Assembly (NCBI GenBank): GCA_965222615.1
Contig: CBDCUI010000007.1
Span: 96,001-160,000 of the forward strand
Direction: 5' to 3'
DNA length: 64,000 nt
DNA from: Gammaproteobacteria bacterium
GTDB lineage: Bacteria > Pseudomonadota > Gammaproteobacteria > UBA4575
Shown in pieces: positions 38,996-49,374 of the stretch (its first letter is position 1; each line of letters begins with the position of its first letter). The position numbers and the translations under genes are program-made. The notes beneath the pieces were generated by a model that was given only the letters and a program-made list of their open reading frames with translations, searched no databases and was not told where the DNA came from.

Positions 38996-40222
38996 ATGCC
39001 CATACCTAATATTACAAAACAAGATGTAATCAATGCTAGTGATCAATGCGTGATGTGCGGATTGTGTCTACCATACTGTCCAACATACCGCATTCAAAAA
39101 AATGAAGCAGAATCACCGCGCGGACGTATTGCACTAGTACGAGCTATATATGAGAACAACTTACAAGCTACACCAGTTTTAACAAATCATCTCGACTCTT
39201 GTTTAACTTGTATGACATGTGAGACTGTCTGCCCTGCCAATGTAGATTATGCAAAAATTATTGATGCAGGTCGAGAATTCACCTATAAACAACATAGTGT
39301 TTCAGATCGTTTTTATAAAGCATTTTTGTTGACGGTTCTAACTAATCCTAATGTTCGTAAATTTACTAAATTTATCCTCAGAATTTATCACGCACTTGGC
39401 TTCAATCACCTGCTAACAAAGATAAGTAACAACTCTTCACATGCATTGCTTCTGTTTAGATTAATTCCTAAACCTCAAAATCTAAACTTTGTTGAATCAT
39501 CAAAAAATGGGCTTGAAACACAGAGTCAAATTGTCCTGGTTAACACATGTGCCAGCGATTTGCTTTCTGATCAAACAAAAAATGCAGCAAGACATGTGCT
39601 AAATGCATTAAATTGCAAAGTAGTAGAGAAAACCCCCACACAATGTTGTGGTGCGCTGCACCAACACAATGGTGACTTAAAAAAAGCCCATCATTTAATA
39701 CAACAATTCGCAAGTTCCATTACTCATCAGGACTATGATGCATTAATTTCTCTGGCTACTGGGTGTGGAGTTCAATTAAACCGGCATCCAGATTTGATTA
39801 ACAAGCATATAGACATCAACGCCTTTGTATTAGACAAGCTTAAAAATAAGCAGCTAAACTTTAAACCTTTAGCAGAAGTTGTATTCATCCATAAGCCTTG
39901 CACTCAAGGTATTAAAAGTGACAATCAAATTGTAGAGAAATTGCTCAGCAATATTCCCGAACTAGAATTGAAATTTTTCCAAGACAATACGACCTGCTGT
40001 GGCGCCGGTGGCATTAACACGCTAACTCAAGCCAAACTTGCAAATAAAATAATCGGTGGGAAAATCAATGAAATAAAAGCCTCCGATGCTACATATTTAG
40101 TATCAAGCAATATCGGTTGTGTCCAACACTTTCAAGCAAACTTGTACCAAGAAGGCCGAAATAGTCGAAAAAACATTATTGTTTGCCACCCAATAACTCT
40201 ATTAGCACAGCAACTGCTATAA
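38996..40222 (+). CDS. GlcF-like Fe-S oxidoreductase subunit (2x[4Fe-4S] plus CCG domains)
   Basis: CVMCGLCLPYCPTY, CLTCMTCETVCP, CCGA twice. Confidence 0.85.
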   Translation: MPIPNITKQDVINASDQCVMCGLCLPYCPTYRIQKNEAESPRGRIALVRAIYENNLQATPVLTNHLDSCLTCMTCETVCPANVDYAKIIDAGREFTYKQHSVSDRFYKAFLLTVLTNPNVRKFTKFILRIYHALGFNHLLTKISNNSSHALLLFRLIPKPQNLNFVESSKNGLETQSQIVLVNTCASDLLSDQTKNAARHVLNALNCKVVEKTPTQCCGALHQHNGDLKKAHHLIQQFASSITHQDYDALISLATGCGVQLNRHPDLINKHIDINAFVLDKLKNKQLNFKPLAEVVFIHKPCTQGIKSDNQIVEKLLSNIPELELKFFQDNTTCCGAGGINTLTQAKLANKIIGGKINEIKASDATYLVSSNIGCVQHFQANLYQEGRNSRKNIIVCHPITLLAQQLL

Positions 40223-40229
40223 TCAGCAC

Positions 40230-40871
40230 ATGCGTAATTATAATACTATCGATAATCTTCTAACCCATATAGATCGTGGTATTCGTACCATGTTTGTTAA
40301 ACCTGATTTTAAATCAAATCCATCGCCTGCAGATACGATCGATACAAAAGACTCACTAACTAAATCTGATCAACAACTTTCGGCACGCCTGATGCGTGTG
40401 AATCATGCCGGAGAAATTGCTGCTCAAGGGCTTTATCATGGTCAAGCACTTACTGCAAAAGATGAAAAAGTCAAACAACAAATGCAAAAATCTGCACAAG
40501 AAGAACAAGCCCATTTGGCTTGGTGTGAAAAACGTTTAATAGAATTGGATGATCATCCTAGTGCATTAACACCAGTCTGGTATTTAGGCTCTTATGCCAT
40601 TGGTGCTACAACTGGAATGTTAGGAGACAAATGGAGTTTAGGCTTTATTTCTGAAACTGAAAAACAAGTAGTGAAACATCTTGATAAACATCTATCACGA
40701 CTGCCCAAACAGGATAATAAAAGCAAAGAAATCTTATTAAAGATGCGTGAAGAAGAAATGATGCACGATAAAACTGCTCAGGCTGCCGGCGCATATGAAC
40801 TCCCCAAACCTGCCAAGCTATTAATGAAGGCTGTCTCAAAAGTAATGACTAAAACTGCTTATTGGGTTTGA
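40230..40871 (+). CDS. coq7: Di-iron ubiquinone hydroxylase Coq7
   Basis: MRVNHAGE, EEQAHL, ETEKQV..HL, EE..H; ends AYWV. Confidence 0.94.
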   Translation: MRNYNTIDNLLTHIDRGIRTMFVKPDFKSNPSPADTIDTKDSLTKSDQQLSARLMRVNHAGEIAAQGLYHGQALTAKDEKVKQQMQKSAQEEQAHLAWCEKRLIELDDHPSALTPVWYLGSYAIGATTGMLGDKWSLGFISETEKQVVKHLDKHLSRLPKQDNKSKEILLKMREEEMMHDKTAQAAGAYELPKPAKLLMKAVSKVMTKTAYWV

Positions 40872-40883
40872 TAGGGCTCTGAG

Positions 40884-41714
40884 TTAGAGCACAGAATTGA
40901 TTCCGTAGAATATATCACTCATTTCTTTTCTAAGCTGTTGTTCAATCGTTTCTAGCTCTTCTCGGCCAAACTCATTCCCGCCTCTTCCAAATAAATAATT
41001 ATCAATATCAAATTCATTCAGAAGCATTTTTGTATGAAAAATATTTTCCTGATTTACATTCATATCAGTCATTCGATACTGTTTTTTAGTTTTATCTGAC
41101 AAAAAATCTTGAATAGAAGTAATTTCGTGATCGATATAATATTTTTGTCCTATCATATCGCGAGTAAACCCACGCACTCGATAATCCAGGATAACAATGT
41201 CTTCATCAAAACTATCAATAAGGTAATTAAGTGCCTTGAGTGGCGAAACGCGGCCACATGTAGAAACATCGATATCGACACGAAAAGTACTGATACCATT
41301 ATCTGGGTGATATTCAGGATAAGTATGTGCAGTTACATGACTCTTATCTAAATGTACCACTGTAGATCTTTTTAGCTCACTTCGCTGCTCTTTAAAACAC
41401 TTATTGTCATCAGAAATTATAGCTTCTGCTAGTGTTGGTTCTTCTGATATCAAGCAAGCAACACTTGCGCCACGTGGTTCATAATCATGACTAGCCATGT
41501 TTAAAATATTAGCGCCAATTATTTCAGTGACTTCAGACAACACATGCTGTAAACGCTGAGCGTTGTACTCATCATCTACATACTGCAGATACTCCTGCTG
41601 TTGTGCTGGGGTGTCTGTATAACAAATATCGTAAAAATTAAAACTTAAAGTTTTAGTAAGATTATTGAATCCATGTAGTTTTATTTTCGAATTTCCAATG
41701 CTCATGTTATCCAT
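40884..41714 (-). CDS. speD: S-adenosylmethionine decarboxylase proenzyme
   Basis: [15 protein letters not shown] cleavage site, HTYPE, STCG. Confidence 0.94.
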   Translation of the reverse strand: MDNMSIGNSKIKLHGFNNLTKTLSFNFYDICYTDTPAQQQEYLQYVDDEYNAQRLQHVLSEVTEIIGANILNMASHDYEPRGASVACLISEEPTLAEAIISDDNKCFKEQRSELKRSTVVHLDKSHVTAHTYPEYHPDNGISTFRVDIDVSTCGRVSPLKALNYLIDSFDEDIVILDYRVRGFTRDMIGQKYYIDHEITSIQDFLSDKTKKQYRMTDMNVNQENIFHTKMLLNEFDIDNYLFGRGGNEFGREELETIEQQLRKEMSDIFYGINSVL

Positions 41715-41726
41715 TAATATAAAGTG

Positions 41727-42164
41727 TTATGAATTTTCACTTGTGGATTCAGCTACGAGTAGTTCATGATCATATGAAATGTTCACATTTGGACGTAGCA
41801 TTTTTATCACGGAACAGTATTTTTCCACAGATAAGTCTATTGCCCGTTGTACTTGCTTCGTATTCAAATCTCGTCCACCTATGAGGTAATGTAAGTGGAT
41901 CTTGGTAAACACTGCAGGAATTTCATCTGCACGTTCCGCCTCTATGGCAACTTGACAGTCTTCGATCAGTTGACGGCTTTTTTTCAGGATTTTTACCACA
42001 TCGAAAGCACTGCAACCGCCTAGTCCAACCAATATCATCTCCATAGGCCGCGCGGCAAGATTTTGACCGCCATGTTCTGGTGGCCCATCCATGATGACAA
42101 TATGCCCACTACCCGTCTCAGCCATGAAGGTCATCGGCTCAATCCATTTGATTCGTACTTGCAT
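41727..42164 (-). CDS. OsmC family protein (YhfA-like)
   Basis: RPMEM..GLGGC, KYCSV; divergent from crp. Confidence 0.9.
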   Translation of the reverse strand: MQVRIKWIEPMTFMAETGSGHIVIMDGPPEHGGQNLAARPMEMILVGLGGCSAFDVVKILKKSRQLIEDCQVAIEAERADEIPAVFTKIHLHYLIGGRDLNTKQVQRAIDLSVEKYCSVIKMLRPNVNISYDHELLVAESTSENS

Positions 42165-42234
42165 TACTACCGTTTGGCTATTTTTTCGGTCGACATCAGT
42201 AAGTTACTTGCATAGACTAGCTTAATATCTTGTT

Positions 42235-42885
42235 ATGAGGTCTAGTTTGAACACATTAAGCCCTACCGTACCAGCACATGCTGCTGTTGTGGAGCGTTTT
42301 TTAGAACACTGCCACACCAAGCGCTATAGCTCTGGAAATAGAATCATTCATGCGGGTGACCCATCGAATACCCTATATTTCATTATCCGCGGCTCAGTTC
42401 GCGTTATGATCGAAGATGAAACCGGACATGAAATGGTACTGGCTTACCTCAATAAAGGGGACTTCTTTGGTGAAATGGGGCTGTTCGAAGAAAACACACG
42501 TAGTGCATTAGTAATCGCTCGCGAAGAATGTGATGTCGCTGAAATCCAATACTCTAAATTCCGTGATTTAGTTAGTACTGACTCTGAAATTTTAATGCAC
42601 TTAACTGGACAACTTGCCAAACGTCTGCGAGATACTAGCCGCAAAGTCATTGATCTGGCCTACTTGGATGTTACCGGTAGAGTCGCTCATACCCTGCTTG
42701 ATTTGGCCAAACAACCTGATGCCATGACTCACCCTGAAGGCATGCAGATTCGCATTACTCGCCAAGAAATTGCCAAAATTGTAGGCTGTTCGCGCGAGAT
42801 GGCTGGCCGAGTATTAAAAGAGTTACAACAACAAGGTTTGATTTCTGCTCACGGCAAAACGATTGTTGTATTTGGGGCCCGCTAA
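42235..42885 (+). CDS. crp: cAMP receptor protein (Crp/Vfr)
   Basis: [26 protein letters not shown]. Confidence 0.95.
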   Translation: MRSSLNTLSPTVPAHAAVVERFLEHCHTKRYSSGNRIIHAGDPSNTLYFIIRGSVRVMIEDETGHEMVLAYLNKGDFFGEMGLFEENTRSALVIAREECDVAEIQYSKFRDLVSTDSEILMHLTGQLAKRLRDTSRKVIDLAYLDVTGRVAHTLLDLAKQPDAMTHPEGMQIRITRQEIAKIVGCSREMAGRVLKELQQQGLISAHGKTIVVFGAR

Positions 42886-42997
42886 GCCACCACTATATAT
42901 TTCTACCTGTGTAGCCACACGCATTGTTGGGCGTTTGTGGCCTGACTTCCATGTAAGTTATATGCATAAACCAACATAACTCGCACTTAGATTTATT

Positions 42998-43014
42998 ATG
43001 TTATAATATAGCAT
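42998..43014. promoter_or_regulatory. Zur box
   Basis: ATGTTATA-A-TATAGCAT, one mismatch from the palindrome ATGTTATAnTATAACAT; upstream of a zur-like gene. Confidence 0.75.
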
Positions 43015-43035
43015 TTTTAACGAGTACTACATTTC

Positions 43036-43500
43036 ATGTGGAAAAAACATAGCCACAAAAAATGCATTAAGGAAGCACTTCATCGAGCAAAATTGATATG
43101 TAAGGAGCGTAATTCACGACTTACCCCAATACGTAAAAAAGTACTTGAACTTATATGGAATAGCCATAAGCCAATAAAGGCCTATGACTTATTAGCACAA
43201 CTGAGCTCGGCAGACTTTGTTGAAAAGCCACCTACAGTATATCGCGCACTAGAGTTTTTATTAGAAAACAACTTAATTCACCGTATTGAAAGTCAAAATG
43301 CTTACATCGGTTGTAATGCTAATCATCAAAACATGGATAGTAAGTTTTTTATTTGCGATCAATGTAATGAAGTTGAAGAGCTCACAGAAACGATAATTAA
43401 TAAGACTCTAATTGATGTTGGTAAAAAAAGAGGCTTTATTCCAAGTCTTGTAAATGTAGAGATACATGGAACATGCGCTCAATGCGCACAACAACAGTAA
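43036..43500 (+). CDS. zur: Zinc uptake regulator (Fur family)
   Basis: RLTPIR, AYDLL, PPTVYRALEFL, HRIES, two CxxC motifs; H..HxxC N-terminus. Confidence 0.88.
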   Translation: MWKKHSHKKCIKEALHRAKLICKERNSRLTPIRKKVLELIWNSHKPIKAYDLLAQLSSADFVEKPPTVYRALEFLLENNLIHRIESQNAYIGCNANHQNMDSKFFICDQCNEVEELTETIINKTLIDVGKKRGFIPSLVNVEIHGTCAQCAQQQ

Positions 43501-43506
43501 AGAAAT

Positions 43507-43932
43507 ATGATACAAACCAATTTTGACCGTTTTGCAATTCTTTTATCAGGCATATGCGCTATCCATTGTATAGTGTTGCCTGTTGTTGCTAGTCTAGCCC
43601 CTCTATTAGCTGCAACAATCCACCATGGTAATATTTTACATGAATTTTGGTTTCACCAATTTATTATTGTATTTATTTTACCTGTAAGTATTTTTGCATT
43701 AGTTACAGGTTTTCGTAATCACGGGCAAATCACACCTATTGTGCTTGGCAGTATAGGATTAACAATCCTGGTTTTCACTGCTTTATTCGCTGAATATCTG
43801 ATTTCTCGACAATTCCTTCCACTTAAAGGAGAAACAGTACTCACTATACTAGGCGGAATTATTCATGCAGCTGGACATATCGCGAATATATTTGCGACTA
43901 AAGCATTTCGAACCAGCTGTGTCACAGAATAA
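43507..43932 (+). CDS. MerC-domain membrane protein
   Basis: DR.AI..S..CAIHC motif, four TM segments, His-rich. Confidence 0.8.
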   Translation: MIQTNFDRFAILLSGICAIHCIVLPVVASLAPLLAATIHHGNILHEFWFHQFIIVFILPVSIFALVTGFRNHGQITPIVLGSIGLTILVFTALFAEYLISRQFLPLKGETVLTILGGIIHAAGHIANIFATKAFRTSCVTE

Positions 43933-44018
43933 ATTATTTTCTCATCTTTGTAATCGTTATAAATTAGCTTACTGATAGTAAACATATGACCAAGTATAAC
44001 TGAGCTTATACGACAAGC

Positions 44019-44723
44019 TCAGACTACACCTTGCAAATATTTTTTTCTCTCTGATTCAGGAAATTTCTCTATTGCATAACGCAACATCGTTCTAGGCATT
44101 TTTTTATAACGTGTCTTTAAAAACGCCTTTTCAACTGCTAGCTCACGGTTTCCAATTTCTCTAAGCATCCAACCAACTGCTTTATGGATTAAATCTTCTT
44201 CGTCGTTTATCAATTGCTTGGCCAAATCTAATGTTGTAGTAAATTTATTCTTTTTAATAAAATGGAAGGTCGACATAATTGCAATGCGTCGCTCCCAGAG
44301 ATCATCTGACTTAGAGAGCTTATAAAGCACTTTTTTATCTTTATTTTCTAAATACGCTCCTACGATTTGATGGGCCGAACTATCGACTAAATCCCAGTTA
44401 TTGATGTATTTGGTGTTATCTAAATATAGCTTATAGATAGATGCTTGCTCTTTTTGATTACCTTTAGAAAACTTCAGTACTAACATCAGAAGTGCACACA
44501 GGCGCTCCTCATGAAAAACAGACTTTAGCAAACGTTGGATTTCTTTTAGTGGCATGGCCACATATTTTTTTGCTTGCTGCCTGAGAACTGGCACGCGGAT
44601 GCCAAGAAATTTGTCACCTTCGCCATACTCACCTTTTCCGGTTTTGAAAAAACGTTGCGAATGCTCTGCAATTGAAGGATCAGCTAAATCTCTTAGAATT
44701 TTACTAATTTCTTTTGATTTCAT
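44019..44723 (-). CDS. AlkD-like DNA alkylation repair protein
   Basis: FFKTGKGEYGEGD, NNWDLVD, LWERR, KAVGWMLRE. Confidence 0.88.
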   Translation of the reverse strand: MKSKEISKILRDLADPSIAEHSQRFFKTGKGEYGEGDKFLGIRVPVLRQQAKKYVAMPLKEIQRLLKSVFHEERLCALLMLVLKFSKGNQKEQASIYKLYLDNTKYINNWDLVDSSAHQIVGAYLENKDKKVLYKLSKSDDLWERRIAIMSTFHFIKKNKFTTTLDLAKQLINDEEDLIHKAVGWMLREIGNRELAVEKAFLKTRYKKMPRTMLRYAIEKFPESERKKYLQGVV

Positions 44724-44767
44724 TTTTTATCGCTATTATCAATAACATTACGAAATAGGCCGAGTTC

Positions 44768-45201
44768 TTAAATGCCTAGCATGGGAAGGTACTTTATTTT
44801 GTGATATTGAAGTGATAATACAATACAATGTTTTAGCTCTTTTTTCGGCACTTTGTCATTGATATGGAATATGATTGCTCTGTTACCCGAAAAATTAAAC
44901 TTATCTGAATATACCTCTTCAAAAGTATCGACTAGTTTCGTTTTACAATGAAAATACATCGCATAGTTCTCAGGACTATTTTTTTCCAACCTATTCTCAC
45001 TGCACTGCCCCCATCAGTTAGATAACTAGGCTCACCCCACTTCAAAGTTTCTTCGACATTAGCTAATTCCTTGTTTTCAGAGGCTGCCTCAAAAATAAGT
45101 TGGCGAAGATATAATAATTTCTTACGTACATTGTTTGGATACGATTGAAACTTTTTTAGTACATCTTTGTTTTCAATATCTTTAACTTTTTTTCCAGCCA
45201 T
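44768..45201 (-). pseudogene. DUF1801 (YdhG-like) gene split by a frameshift in an A7 run
   Basis: 5' frame ends EETLKWGEPSY..GSAVRIGWKK, 3' frame continues NSPENYAMYFHCKTKLV..GNRAI; junction at T7 44979-44985. Confidence 0.8.
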
Positions 45202-45925
45202 AGTGTGGATGTCTTTTTACTAATTCAGAATCTTTGAAAAGTTGTATTAATAAAGCCCCTGCCATAAAACCACCAATATGCGCCCAAAACGCCACACCAC
45301 CTCCAGTTTTCCCAATTGAAGTAAATCCACCTAGTAACTGTATTAGAAACCAATAACCAAGCATCCAAATTGCTGGTATTGCAAAGGTTGTAATATAAAA
45401 GCCCAATATGACTAACATATGCACTTTAACGCGTGGATAAAGCACTACATAGGCACCCATTACCCCTCCAATCGCACCCGATGCCCCTACCATTGGAACT
45501 ACAGAATCAGGATTTGAGAAAATTTGCAAGCCAGCTGCAGCCAATCCGCATAGCAAATAAAAAATCATAAATCGCAGATGTCCCATAGAATCTTCAACGT
45601 TATCGCCAAAAATCCACAAAAACCACATATTGCCAATGATATGCATCCAGCCACCATGTAAAAACATGTGATTTATTACAGACATCCAATTTGGTGATGA
45701 TGTAATCTGACAATAAGTATCGGGCCCAATTTGTGTTGCCGCTCCTGGTGCAGCAAGTTGTAGAAGCTCACCAGGGAGCAACCCTAATTGACATACAGAT
45801 TGCGAGAGTGAGGGCTCCATCCCTAGTCCTTGGATAAATACCCAAGCTAATACATTTAGCCCTAGAATGATGTACGTCGCGTATGGCTTGAGGTATTGAG
45901 GATTGTCATCACGAACGGGAAACAT
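45182..45925 (-). CDS. Rhomboid intramembrane serine protease
   Basis: HGGWMHIIGNM, GASGA, AHIGG. Confidence 0.93.
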   Translation of the reverse strand: MFPVRDDNPQYLKPYATYIILGLNVLAWVFIQGLGMEPSLSQSVCQLGLLPGELLQLAAPGAATQIGPDTYCQITSSPNWMSVINHMFLHGGWMHIIGNMWFLWIFGDNVEDSMGHLRFMIFYLLCGLAAAGLQIFSNPDSVVPMVGASGAIGGVMGAYVVLYPRVKVHMLVILGFYITTFAIPAIWMLGYWFLIQLLGGFTSIGKTGGGVAFWAHIGGFMAGALLIQLFKDSELVKRHPHYGWKKS

Positions 45926-45931
45926 ATCTAA

Positions 45932-46060
45932 GGAAACTCCGATTTATTTTGATATATCGTTAAAAAATGTCTCGAAATGCTCATGTATTTGCATATACAC
46001 TCCGCTTTCTCAACATTTTTTGCCTCATCTCAATCATTTCATTAATAAATCAGAGCTCCC
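45932..46060. mobile_element. MITE (IS5-like TIR), 129 bp
   Basis: GGAAACTCCGATTTATT...AATAAATCAGAGCTCCC, flanked by CTAA/TTAA; homologous to 54882-55039 and 50400-50484. Confidence 0.8.
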
Positions 46061-46101
46061 TTAAGCTATGGGGTTAGCTGATAATTGTTTTTGAGTTGTT
46101 A

Positions 46102-46434
46102 TTATTTATCTAGCTCTATTGCTTGCTTTAAATATTTTTTTATTTCAGTTATTTTTACTTCATTTACATGTTTGTATTTAATGTGCCTCATTCCTTTACC
46201 TGAACCTTCTAGCTTATTGGCATCTTTTATTTTTGCCCCTTGAAAAATTTGCAAATTTACATGGTTCTTATGCGCCATTATGGAACATATATTTTTATTT
46301 ATTGAATAGGTTGGCACATTCCATTTGATTTCTTCTTTCAGTTTTTTAGATGTTCCCTTTACGGCTCGCCGTAATTTTTCAACAATTTCCTTCATAGGGT
46401 CATCGATGCTATTTACGTATTCACCAACATTCAT
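46102..46434 (-). CDS. DUF1801 (YdhG-like) protein
   Basis: EEIKWNVPTY, HVNL, LEGSGKGMRHIK. Confidence 0.85.
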   Translation of the reverse strand: MNVGEYVNSIDDPMKEIVEKLRRAVKGTSKKLKEEIKWNVPTYSINKNICSIMAHKNHVNLQIFQGAKIKDANKLEGSGKGMRHIKYKHVNEVKITEIKKYLKQAIELDK

Positions 46435-46661
46435 ATTTTATCTAATCCAATTTTATTTAGATTCAAATTATTACCATTCATTATGCAATGCTTCAACAAC
46501 ATTTTCTTTATTAATATTTTTGTACTAATTTTTAAACTTTGTTCGATACGATTGCCACGGCTCTGCAAGCTCAGGTCTAGAGTTTTTACTCAACTCACAG
46601 GCCATTCCTTATTCTTAACCACTCTGGAACTCCTAACATACGAATTTATAGGAGGTCGCTG

Positions 46662-47840
46662 TTAATTTAATGCTTGTTCAAGATCAGCCCAAAGATCCTC
46701 AACATCTTCTAATCCAACCGAAATACGAACCATGCCATCAACTATGCCACGCTTAGCGCGTTCTTCAGCTGTTAAATTATAATGTGTAGTTGTTATAGGC
46801 TGGGTAACAAGACTTTCTACACCACCAAGACTAGGCGCAATCGAGAATAGTTTTAGTCGGTCAACCACATCTGCAGTTTCCTGCGCATCTCCATCAATCA
46901 CAAAACTAATCATTCCGCCAAAGTCTTTCATTTGAAGCCTAGCTGCGCTGTGTCCAATAAAATCAGGCAAGCCTGGGTAATTTACTTTGTTAATTCGAGG
47001 ATGCTCAACCAATCGTTCAGCCAGTATTTGTGCCGTCGCATTGTGTGCATTCACCCTTACAACTAGTGTGCGCAAGCTTCGTGCTAATAAATATGCAACC
47101 TCAGGTGCCATCATTTGACCAAGATTCTTACGCCAAGTCCAAATAGGGCTAAGTAATTCTGTTGACCCAATTACTGTTCCCCCAGTTAGATCGCTGTGGC
47201 CACCTAAATATTTTGTAGTGCTGTGAACGACGAGATCTGCACCTAATTCAAATGGCCTCTGGTTAACTGGAGTTGCGAAGGTATTGTCTACAACTGTGAG
47301 TACACTATGTTCTTTCGCAAATGCAGCAATTTCTGCAATATTCAATACTTCCATATTTGGATTCGTAGGTGTTTCAAAAAAGATGATGCGTGTATTACTT
47401 TTTATAAACTCATTAAGCTTGTTAACTTCATTACCTAGTATAAAAGTAGTGGTAATACCTAAATCGGGTAAATTAGTATCGAGTAATTCATACGTTCCGC
47501 CATATACATCACCAATACATACGATATGATCGCCAGACTTACAGTGGGCTAAAAAAGTAGCTGATTCAGCAGCCATCCCGGAACTAAACACCCAGGCAAC
47601 TTCACCGCCTTCAATCGCTGCAAGTTTTTTCTCCAGAGCTTGGATTGTTGGGTTTAGACCATAACGAGTGTATAGGCTGCCTTCCACTCGTCCCTCCACC
47701 ACATCAAGCACACTTTGCGTGTCAGGAAAACCAAACGTGGAATGATTATATAGAGGGGTAAATATACCCCCGCGTTCGTCAAGATTGTCTCCTGCATGTA
47801 TACAGTTAGTAGCTAGACCCAAGCCGGTTGTTTTTTTCAT
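46662..47840 (-). CDS. Cys/Met metabolism PLP enzyme (cystathionine gamma-synthase/lyase family)
   Basis: YTRYGLNPT, FSSGMAA, ETPTNP, DNTFATP, STTKYLGGHSD, SLGGVESL. Confidence 0.9.
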   Translation of the reverse strand: MKKTTGLGLATNCIHAGDNLDERGGIFTPLYNHSTFGFPDTQSVLDVVEGRVEGSLYTRYGLNPTIQALEKKLAAIEGGEVAWVFSSGMAAESATFLAHCKSGDHIVCIGDVYGGTYELLDTNLPDLGITTTFILGNEVNKLNEFIKSNTRIIFFETPTNPNMEVLNIAEIAAFAKEHSVLTVVDNTFATPVNQRPFELGADLVVHSTTKYLGGHSDLTGGTVIGSTELLSPIWTWRKNLGQMMAPEVAYLLARSLRTLVVRVNAHNATAQILAERLVEHPRINKVNYPGLPDFIGHSAARLQMKDFGGMISFVIDGDAQETADVVDRLKLFSIAPSLGGVESLVTQPITTTHYNLTAEERAKRGIVDGMVRISVGLEDVEDLWADLEQALN

Positions 47841-48059
47841 GGCGTTACCCTTAAACGAAGTTGTCTTCGTATTAATAAAAATAGAAAGTACTTGATGTTA
47901 GGATAGCGTAAATAGTGGCAGCTATTAAATAAACCATCCACTCTCATTTGAGGAGTAGAAGTAATCAAATTGTTCTAGCGTTTAGCGTAGTAGGGAAATG
48001 AAAGTACATTCTGGATAACAACCAATAGCGGCCATTAAACTATTTCTTTAGAAGTACTC

Positions 48060-48353
48060 TTAGTTAAGTTGGATCCATCCACGAATTAAATCAAAATAAA
48101 TAAACTCCACACCGATCGATTCTACCCTGCGAATGTCGCCATTATTCGGCATGTCATATTCTTCCAGACCTTCTAAAGCAAGCGCGTTTGCCATAGCGGA
48201 CTTTTGCTGCCGCTGACGAGGAAGTTGTTCGAGATGTAATTCTTTGGCAGTCCAGATCATTCCATCTCGTTCTACAGGTGACGCCTTTGCAAAATCAGCA
48301 AAAAGAAATACTGCAGATGTACCTGCCATTTTTTTGTAGACGGGTTCAGTCAC
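48060..48353 (-). CDS. Hypothetical protein
   Basis: 97-aa ORF filling an intergenic gap; no motif recognised. Confidence 0.5.
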   Translation of the reverse strand: MTEPVYKKMAGTSAVFLFADFAKASPVERDGMIWTAKELHLEQLPRQRQQKSAMANALALEGLEEYDMPNNGDIRRVESIGVEFIYFDLIRGWIQLN

Positions 48354-48574
48354 AAGAAGCTTATCTGACCTTACAGTATGATAAATGACTCAATGTAGAT
48401 TAGGCTTTCTTAAACTAAAATTCCCTGTTTTACCTCAGCTATTTGTCGATTTCAGGTATAGGAAGAATAAAAAAACTCAACATATATGAAGTATGTTCGG
48501 ATTTTTCACCAAGCTTTATCGGATTTTTTGGATGTCTGATTTAGGGTTATTAGCGGTCGTTCAATTTTTATAAT

Positions 48575-49372
48575 TTAGAAAAACAGCTCCTTCAATTTTG
48601 CACCCGGTTCTTCTGCAACCATAAAGGCTTCTCCTACTAGAAATGAATTGACTCCTTTTTCCGTCATTTTGGCAACATCATCTTTAGTATGAATACCGCT
48701 CTCGGTAACGATATGACATTCATCAGGAATTTTTGGCAACAAATTTAGTGTTGTGTCTAAGCTTGTCTCAAAAGTGTGTAGATTTCGATTATTAATCCCA
48801 AGCAATGTAGGCTCAAGTTTGAGTGCACGATCTACTTCTTCTTCATTATGCACTTCTACTAATACATCTAAACGTAATTCCTTTGCCAGCTGATTGAGTT
48901 CAACCATTTGATCATCTTCCAAGGCTGCTACGATTAATAGCATACAATCTGCATCGACCGCGCGTGTTTCATACACTTGATAAGGATCAATAATAAAATC
49001 TTTACGTAACATGGGTAAAAAACAGGTCTTACGTGATAGCTCTAAAATTGCACATGAGCCTTTAAAAAACTCACTATCGGTAAGTACGGAAACACACGTC
49101 GCACCATTCATTTGATAGCTTGCCGCAATCTGCATAGGATTAAAGTTTTCACGCAAAATACCTTTACTTGGCGAGGCACGTTTAATTTCAGCAATCACAC
49201 CCGGACGCTGTGCTGCTTGAGCCCCTCGTAATGCAGACTCAAACCCCCTGGGACTCGGTGCTTCTTTGGCCCATTCCTGCATTTTTTCCAGTGGTACGCG
49301 TTGTTTACGCTCCACCAATTCATTTTTTTTATGCTCAATTATTTTTGTGAGAATCTCAGGTTGATCGGTCAT
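48575..49372 (-). CDS. trpC: Indole-3-glycerol phosphate synthase
   Basis: [33 protein letters not shown]. Confidence 0.97.
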   Translation of the reverse strand: MTDQPEILTKIIEHKKNELVERKQRVPLEKMQEWAKEAPSPRGFESALRGAQAAQRPGVIAEIKRASPSKGILRENFNPMQIAASYQMNGATCVSVLTDSEFFKGSCAILELSRKTCFLPMLRKDFIIDPYQVYETRAVDADCMLLIVAALEDDQMVELNQLAKELRLDVLVEVHNEEEVDRALKLEPTLLGINNRNLHTFETSLDTTLNLLPKIPDECHIVTESGIHTKDDVAKMTEKGVNSFLVGEAFMVAEEPGAKLKELFF

Positions 49373-49374
49373 GA

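Noticed and set aside
22708-40871. Three ubiquinone hydroxylases (UbiI, UbiH, Coq7)
   Set aside because: A known combination in Pseudomonas-like Gammaproteobacteria; not unusual
44019-48353. Run of small same-strand accessory genes as an integron cassette array
   Set aside because: No convincing attC sites (paired RYYYAAC/GTTRRRY boxes) and no integrase
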